The position numbers and the translations under genes are program-made. Below the pieces are notes generated by a model, which was not told the DNA's origin, did no database searches, and saw only the letters and a program-made list of their open reading frames with translations. This document shows, in pieces, positions 58,382-64,000 of a stretch of 64,000 nt of DNA. This stretch comes from a virus: the IMG/VR virus record IMGVR_UViG_3300025000_000005, positions 1-64,000 of that record; one strand, 5' to 3'. Each line of letters opens with the position of its first letter. The first letter of the stretch is position 1.

Positions 58382-59158
58382 TCATAGTTGCGGTATGAAC
58401 TCGCTATTCCGAAACGTGACCCGAACTCGGGTCGTAACCTCCTTGTCGTCAGGGCAGGCAAGTTTTGGGGAAACGAAATAGACCCGGCCATCCTCATAGA
58501 CGGATTCAAGGCCATGCTCCATTTCTTCCACCATAGCCCCCACAATGGCAATCAGCTTTTCGAGGGACTTAACCCCCATTTTTTGGATCCACAATTCGAC
58601 AGGGCTATCCTCCCCGGGCGCAGGGGCAACGCCGTCCTCAAAGGAAATCTGAGAAAGAAGGGTTTGCAGCTTCATTTTGATGCCTTGCTGTCTTGCCTCT
58701 GCCGATCCTGCCGGCAATAGTCCAAACGCTATCCGCTCAAGCTCAAGCGTCTCTATTGACCGGCCAGATATCGGTTTCACGACGAGCTTTTTACCGTCGA
58801 ATTCGGCCTTCCTGAATGCGGCGCCTTTGATTGCATGGTAGCTGTCGAGCAAGGTCTTAAGATCGAATGTGTGCCGATGCTCTTTGCCGCATTGGCACTG
58901 GTAAGTAACGGAATACCGGTGATCATCCTCGGTGCAAACGAAATACCATAGCAATGCGAAGCGCCGGTCATCGGCCGTCCAGTCGCGGGAATCAAGAAAA
59001 AAATCCTTGTTCTGAATCCGGTTTAGAAATGCGGTTGTCGCCGCTTCCTCCCTGGAGGGATCAAGTGCACTAAAATCAAGCGCATCTTCAACAGTCGCTT
59101 CCCGGAGAACGATTTCCTTTGTGGGGTCGCTCGGCAGTGTAAAAGGCGGAATTAACAT
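58382..59158 (-). CDS. pmgB: Tail/baseplate assembly protein, P1 PmgB-like
   Basis: MLIPPFTLPSDP...WTADDRRFALLW, CQCGKEH, GLES...C....RV.FR. Confidence 0.75.
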   Translation of the reverse strand: MLIPPFTLPSDPTKEIVLREATVEDALDFSALDPSREEAATTAFLNRIQNKDFFLDSRDWTADDRRFALLWYFVCTEDDHRYSVTYQCQCGKEHRHTFDLKTLLDSYHAIKGAAFRKAEFDGKKLVVKPISGRSIETLELERIAFGLLPAGSAEARQQGIKMKLQTLLSQISFEDGVAPAPGEDSPVELWIQKMGVKSLEKLIAIVGAMVEEMEHGLESVYEDGRVYFVSPKLACPDDKEVTTRVRVTFRNSEFIPQL

Positions 59159-59169
59159 GGTTCTCTCCT

Positions 59170-59667
59170 TTATGATCTGAATTGAATGAATACGATGGGG
59201 AACTCCAAAAGCCCCTCACCGTCACGGGATTCGGTAACATCGCCCATTTGGGTCGGAATAACCTCCCACTTATCGGTTTCGACCTCACCGTTCCCAGTAG
59301 ATATTATTGAAAATCTTTTAATCTCGATCTTGTATTTGTCAGGCAGGTTGACGGTGCCATCGGCGTTCACCATCTTTTTGATCTGCGATTCGAACCATTT
59401 GGAAACTCTTTGGTCCTCGTGGTCCCGCATTACCATTGATATAGTTACCGGCTGGACACCGACAGGATAGGTCAGGACTTTAAGCCCAACCTTTATAGGC
59501 TCAACATCAATCTCGTCGGGCCCATAGGATATCTCTTTAATCAGCAGGTCAAAATCATCCTGCGGATAGCCCTTGACCTCGATCCGGAATTGGTACGGAT
59601 GCCTGAACGGGGTTTCCACTAACCGCTTGACGATTTTCGTTTTGATGGAGTTGTAGTCGGTTGCCAA
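59170..59667 (-). CDS. tub: Tube-fold protein, P1 Tub-like
   Basis: QFRIEV.G...KEISYG...MRD...WF...VNADGTVNLP.KY; TTG start. Confidence 0.7.
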   Translation of the reverse strand: MATDYNSIKTKIVKRLVETPFRHPYQFRIEVKGYPQDDFDLLIKEISYGPDEIDVEPIKVGLKVLTYPVGVQPVTISMVMRDHEDQRVSKWFESQIKKMVNADGTVNLPDKYKIEIKRFSIISTGNGEVETDKWEVIPTQMGDVTESRDGEGLLEFPIVFIQFRS

Positions 59668-59676
59668 GAAGCACCC

Positions 59677-60213
59677 CTAAGCGACGGTGCTCATGGGGAT
59701 AATCGCCATGGCATCGTCCATTTCGATTTCAACAGCGCTGATATCCGCCTTAAGCACATCGTCGGACGGTAATTCACGCTGCATGCCGGTTGCCATGGCA
59801 ATGTTTCGTTCTCGGATCGTGTTCCGGTGGGTGAGGCATGCCGCGAAATGTTTCGTTATGAGGCCGATACTTTCATGCGGGAGATCGTCATCTACCTCAA
59901 GCGCTCTAAAATCTACGAGATATGAGACATCGACAGGATAGACATAGGTTCCGGACAATTCGATTTCGGTCGCCGTGACATTGTAATCGGTCCACCGCCC
60001 TCTCGCGTCCGAGGTCGACGCTACTACCAAAAAATCTGCCGGTTTTGCAATGGAGGTTTCAGGCGTCTCGATCTTGACGGACCGGATCGCGCCGGCATGA
60101 TCCTGAAATACTCCCATTGAATCTTTGATCATCTGTTCGAGCTTCGCGGAATCACTGTAATAGAGCGTGTCGAACCGGGCGGATACCTGCGCTATGATTT
60201 CAAGGGGTGTCAT
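59677..60213 (-). CDS. pmgC: Head-tail adaptor, P1 PmgC-like
   Basis: MTP.EII..V..RF..L...QDHAG.I N-terminus. Confidence 0.7.
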   Translation of the reverse strand: MTPLEIIAQVSARFDTLYYSDSAKLEQMIKDSMGVFQDHAGAIRSVKIETPETSIAKPADFLVVASTSDARGRWTDYNVTATEIELSGTYVYPVDVSYLVDFRALEVDDDLPHESIGLITKHFAACLTHRNTIRERNIAMATGMQRELPSDDVLKADISAVEIEMDDAMAIIPMSTVA

Positions 60214-60257
60214 TCTCTCTCCTTTAAAACTTCAAAACTTTAAATCTTTACGTTGGG

Positions 60258-60749
60258 TTAAAAATAAGACACCCAGTTCACGTAAAGAGTTCCGGATACC
60301 TTCAGCGGGGCATTATCTTCCGTTGAATTTTCAACCGGCTCTGAAGCAAACCAGCAAAAATCCATCAGTAGGGACGTGTAATCGTTCGGGTTCGGTTGAG
60401 CTTCGGAGAGAAGCTTCAGCGTGACTTGACGATACGATTTTTCCTTTACCCAGGTCCGCAAATCCCTCAGAACATGGCCCTGAACCGTCTCGATAAAGGT
60501 GATCGGCAGCTCGTGGGCATTCGTGATTTTGCCCTGCTGCTTCACCTGGATACCATGCGGACCAGTAATCTCAACCATCTCGCGCTTAATCGCGGGCCAC
60601 TGTGCGGTCTGAACCAGAAATTTAAGGTCGTTGAACCCCTGAATCGTCATCTGGAAGTCGTCTGCTTTGGCTTTTTCACCGAGGCCAACAAATCCCGCAA
60701 AAGCGCTTTTGATCAGTGGCACGTTCGCCGTTCCCGTAAATAGAGCCAT
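60258..60749 (-). CDS. bplB: Tail tube protein, P1 BplB-like
   Basis: GEK....FQMT..G..DL..LV.T.Q.P...RE..E..GP.G....Q.G.I.N..E....ET..G. Confidence 0.8.
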   Translation of the reverse strand: MALFTGTANVPLIKSAFAGFVGLGEKAKADDFQMTIQGFNDLKFLVQTAQWPAIKREMVEITGPHGIQVKQQGKITNAHELPITFIETVQGHVLRDLRTWVKEKSYRQVTLKLLSEAQPNPNDYTSLLMDFCWFASEPVENSTEDNAPLKVSGTLYVNWVSYF

Positions 60750-60761
60750 GTTATTTCTCCA

Positions 60762-61361
60762 TCACCACGTATGCGTGGCGTCAATGGTTGCTAAGTTGAT
60801 CATTTCTTTGGTTTCGACCTGGAGATTCACATCCGCCCAAACCATGTACCCATCGGCCGTTTTGGGGCGGCCCATGGGCACGGTAAGGCCGGTGATTACG
60901 CAATTGGGGTAATAGGCCATGTATCCGATTTGGATCGCTACGGACTTTGGCGTGCCGCCGAATGGTGAATAATCATCCGTTGCGGGCACCAGCATCCGCT
61001 CAAGCGCTCGTATCGGTTCCATGACCTCTTTTCTGGCATCCGACAGCGCATAAAAAACAAGCGGCATGGTAAAAACGGTCGGGCGATTACCCTCCCAAAC
61101 TTGCGCGCTGTTTAACTGGCTCTTGCTGGTAACGCCGGTCCCGAGTTGCGCGAGTCCAGCCATTTTTTCAAAATACCCGCCGATGGAATCCTGCTCAAAC
61201 GGACTATTCCAGTTGACCTGAAAATCCCGAGAGATTTCCTCACCGTATACAGCGCAAACGCTGACGTTTTCCTGCCAGATCCACGCTTTTAGATGGGGGC
61301 TTACGGCCTGGTCATGATTCCCCAGATCCGAAAACCCCTCCGGTCTTTTGAACTTGCCCAT
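60762..61361 (-). CDS. pmgG: Tube initiator/baseplate protein, P1 PmgG-like
   Basis: VSPHLKA, NWNSPFE, NS.QVWEG; position between gp21 and bplB. Confidence 0.7.
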   Translation of the reverse strand: MGKFKRPEGFSDLGNHDQAVSPHLKAWIWQENVSVCAVYGEEISRDFQVNWNSPFEQDSIGGYFEKMAGLAQLGTGVTSKSQLNSAQVWEGNRPTVFTMPLVFYALSDARKEVMEPIRALERMLVPATDDYSPFGGTPKSVAIQIGYMAYYPNCVITGLTVPMGRPKTADGYMVWADVNLQVETKEMINLATIDATHTW

Positions 61362-61368
61362 TCGCTTC

Positions 61369-62061
61369 CTATTTCATTCCATGTTGCTTGCGGATTCGCA
61401 TAGATTTGGCGCGGTTTCTTCTGGCGCCAGCCGTGTTGGCCCGCCGCCTCGCCGCCTTCAAGGCCGCTTTTTGAGCCGGACTCATGCGGTACTTCTTGAC
61501 CCGTTTGCGTTTAAACGTGACGGCGCCGTTTCGAATCACCTTTTTGACCGATTCGAACACGATATCTTCCTCGCCGCTGGCCGTTGCAAACCGGCTGACG
61601 ATCTCGTCATTGTCCATTTCGAGGGAATCCAGCTTGTCGGCGATGAACCGGCCGAGCTTTTTACCCTGCTCGTCATCTTCCTCGTCAAAAAAAGAGGAGA
61701 CGTTCGCCGCCGACCCGCCGAGCTGTACCAGGGCATTGCCTACTGCCGACAAGAGGTCATTGTAATCGTCCTCTTCGTCATCAGAGACTTCCCCGTCGCC
61801 GTCCAGGTCGATCATGCCAACGACAATGGCGTCCAGGTCTGCATAGGTGAATTCCTTGTTCTCGACCCATGCCATGGCAGAAGCCATGCCCATCGCTCTG
61901 ATCTGCTGGTTTGAAAAAGACGTCAGGCTCTCTTCGTCTTCTTCCGCCGCCTCAAAAATTCCGACCGGTTCCTTTTTCTCAGGAACCTGCTTGTCGTAAT
62001 TAAACGTTTTGTCGAAAATGGTGTTTGCGCCGAAGTACTGGAACGCGAAGGGAATGCTCAT
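61369..62061 (-). CDS. P1 gp21-like protein (acidic core, basic C-terminus)
   Basis: KKVIRNG...KR...MSPAQKAALK.ARR.A.T..A...R.KSMR.R. Confidence 0.8.
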   Translation of the reverse strand: MSIPFAFQYFGANTIFDKTFNYDKQVPEKKEPVGIFEAAEEDEESLTSFSNQQIRAMGMASAMAWVENKEFTYADLDAIVVGMIDLDGDGEVSDDEEDDYNDLLSAVGNALVQLGGSAANVSSFFDEEDDEQGKKLGRFIADKLDSLEMDNDEIVSRFATASGEEDIVFESVKKVIRNGAVTFKRKRVKKYRMSPAQKAALKAARRRANTAGARRNRAKSMRIRKQHGMK

Positions 62062-62103
62062 ACTGTCACCTCATTTTTAAAAAAGGGTTAAAACCCAAAA
62101 ATC

Positions 62104-63672
62104 TTATTTGATAAGTTTCGGCTGACCCGCAATACGCCGAGCCGCGCCGGTCGGGCATATTTCCCAGAGCACCAACCAGAGATCAATTTCTTGCTGAGTG
62201 ACGGTCAGGATGTAAGGCTCAATCCCATAAGCCGGGTCCCGCGGGGGGACAAGTCCGCCCGACATTACGAGATCGTCAAGAATCTCTTTCGTCTGCCGGT
62301 AAAGGCTTTCGTAGGTGATCCCGTCCGGCTCGAATTTCGCGGCCGAGGCGGCCTGAACGAACCGATGATCAATGTAGTTCAAGATCCGGTTGACCCACCC
62401 GAAACGCTCATAGTTCTCTTTGTAATAGACCGCCAAATCGTCATCGCACACGGCGCCGCCGCTTGAGGAAACTATTACCGGGTTGATTCTGGCGGTGTAG
62501 AGAGCGTCCCTATCCAGAACATCGTCGGCATAGAGCGGTTTGATCCCGGTCCGTTTCAGCTTGGCGCGTTTCTCGCCTGCCGCGGCATAATGGATGCCGG
62601 GGACCTCGCCGGAATAAATGGCATTTCCCCTCGCATGGGCAGCCGCCATCTCTCCGGAGACACCCCACACTGTTTGCCCGCCGTAGAATCGGTCCGAAGC
62701 GGAAAAAGGCGCATGGTAACATCTGGCCTGCCGGCTATCGATACTGGTCGTTGCGATCCAGGTGATCGCGGCATCGTGTTTTATGGCCGGCGAAGCGTCG
62801 AAAAGAAACGTGTTGTGCCTCAACTCAGCAATGGCCGCGCAATTTGCGAGGACATCGGTGTCAAGGCTTCCGGCCGCAAACATGAGATCGGCAGCAAACG
62901 ACTCGTTTCTGAACAGGTCCCATGCCGCTATAAATTCCTCGGATGTTGGCGTCCCGCCATTGGTTCCACCGGTGAAAGTCGTCGCTACGGCGAGCCCTGT
63001 CGTTGCGGCTGTCGAAAACTGAGCAAACGTGAACGTATCGTTAAAGTCGCACCGGTACCGGCTCGAATTGTTTTCGAGAACGGTTTCGATAAAGGCCGGA
63101 AGCCCCATGTCATCAACATCGGTTGCGGCCAGGCCCACCGTATAGGTTTCGGTGGCGGCCGGGTCCGTTTCGCCGTTTTCGTCCAGATCGGTAAAGGTAA
63201 TTTTGAACCGCTCGGTCGTCGCGTCAATGTCCGACACGACAACTTTTCGGTTGGTAGACGGGTCCCCATCGATGACCCAGATGGACAAAACGATTCCGGT
63301 CCCGGCTTCTACCGGTACAACCGGATAGGCATTGCCGTCCTTCACCAGCACGCCCTCATCATCCATGGTGATGGACGGGTACTCAGCAGTGCTGTCGACA
63401 ACCCTAACGACATTGACATAATCGCAATCCCGCAAGGCGTCAGCAACGTGCCGAAGGCCCTCCATTTTGGCGCCGCCCACCTTTTTGGAAAACGGTTTCC
63501 CGAGGATTTCCTGCCAATCCGAATAAAGCACCTTCAGAACCGTGTTTGGCTGACCTCGCGGCGCCTCAACAACAGTTGCGCCAACGGACACGAGCCCGCC
63601 TCCAGTGGTTTCGGTCGCATCGATCGGCGCCAGAACGGTTATTTCGGCGGCATTCGTAATGGTATTCTTCAT
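62104..63672 (-). CDS. Contractile tail sheath, P1 gp22-like
   Basis: PRGQP.TVL, LRHV..A, ARINPV, FEPDGIT, CPTGAARRI.GQP.LIK. Confidence 0.88.
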   Translation of the reverse strand: MKNTITNAAEITVLAPIDATETTGGGLVSVGATVVEAPRGQPNTVLKVLYSDWQEILGKPFSKKVGGAKMEGLRHVADALRDCDYVNVVRVVDSTAEYPSITMDDEGVLVKDGNAYPVVPVEAGTGIVLSIWVIDGDPSTNRKVVVSDIDATTERFKITFTDLDENGETDPAATETYTVGLAATDVDDMGLPAFIETVLENNSSRYRCDFNDTFTFAQFSTAATTGLAVATTFTGGTNGGTPTSEEFIAAWDLFRNESFAADLMFAAGSLDTDVLANCAAIAELRHNTFLFDASPAIKHDAAITWIATTSIDSRQARCYHAPFSASDRFYGGQTVWGVSGEMAAAHARGNAIYSGEVPGIHYAAAGEKRAKLKRTGIKPLYADDVLDRDALYTARINPVIVSSSGGAVCDDDLAVYYKENYERFGWVNRILNYIDHRFVQAASAAKFEPDGITYESLYRQTKEILDDLVMSGGLVPPRDPAYGIEPYILTVTQQEIDLWLVLWEICPTGAARRIAGQPKLIK

Positions 63673-63953
63673 TATTCAGCCCCTCCATAGACAAGCCCGT
63701 AGGCCGCCTGTTTTGCTTTTAGGTGGTGTGTCGCCTCGATTCTGAACTCGCGGCCGTCCGGAACGATTACCGTCCAGGTATCCTCCATGTCGGTAACCTT
63801 GCTGGTCTGGCACGCGCCAAAAAACTCTTCTTTGCTCATGGGAACCATGGTTTCTGGGGTTACGGCAGGATCGGCAACGGGCTCCTCTACCGGTTCTTCC
63901 CATGCAGGCCCAATCTTGATCACGGGCCGCCGTTTCCGGATATGCTCAGCCAA
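63672..63953 (-). CDS. Hypothetical protein
   Basis: 93-aa ORF whose stop overlaps the sheath ATG. Confidence 0.55.
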   Translation of the reverse strand: MAEHIRKRRPVIKIGPAWEEPVEEPVADPAVTPETMVPMSKEEFFGACQTSKVTDMEDTWTVIVPDGREFRIEATHHLKAKQAAYGLVYGGAE

Positions 63954-64000
63954 TGCCTCAACGTGCGATTGCGGGATTTCAAATGCTTTTGGTTCGAAAA

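Larger units (their letters stand above)
1..64000. mobile_element. P1-like phage-plasmid (temperate myophage with plasmid replicon); extends beyond both window edges
   Basis: P1-like head, tail, baseplate and Dar genes in largely P1-like order occur together with parA/RHH/rep/iterons and a resolvase-type recombinase; no host housekeeping genes seen. Confidence 0.9.

Noticed and set aside
1-64000. tRNA or rRNA genes
   Set aside because: No cloverleaf with a T-loop consensus and no rRNA-like segment recognised in the intergenic gaps

Overview
This window is part of a P1-like (Punavirus-like) phage-plasmid, probably from an anaerobic host (inferred from an NrdD-type glycyl-radical gene). From left to right: (i) recombination and nucleotide genes (SSAP-like, sbcD, sbcC, thyA); (ii) a lambdoid-style divergent switch (XRE repressor plus ImmA/IrrE-type protease versus a Cro-like gene) driving a rightward accessory operon; (iii) a compact type V-M CRISPR-Cas locus; (iv) a plasmid module: tyrosine recombinase, parA, double-RHH partner, rep, and 8 helically phased iterons; (v) about 41 kb of minus-strand P1-syntenic morphogenesis genes (pro, prt, ulx, darB, ddrB/ddrA/darA/hdf, tail spike and fibres, gp16, bplA, pmgA, sit, pmgB, tub, pmgC, bplB, pmgG, gp21, gp22). 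The CRISPR locus is a 599-aa Cas12m with a RuvC-I Asp->Asn change and no cas1/2/4 in the window, followed by a leader and a 9-repeat/8-spacer array built from two different, covarying repeat families. Main findings: the phage-borne nuclease-dead Cas12m with its hybrid array; a dispersed 8-bp-periodic operator/centromere motif; a duplicated and rewired baseplate cassette; a stand-alone NrdD glycyl-radical domain inside the tail operon behind a probable +1 frameshift; and a tailspike-like protein with a signal peptide. All family assignments come from motif recognition and remembered homologue sequences, not from database searches.
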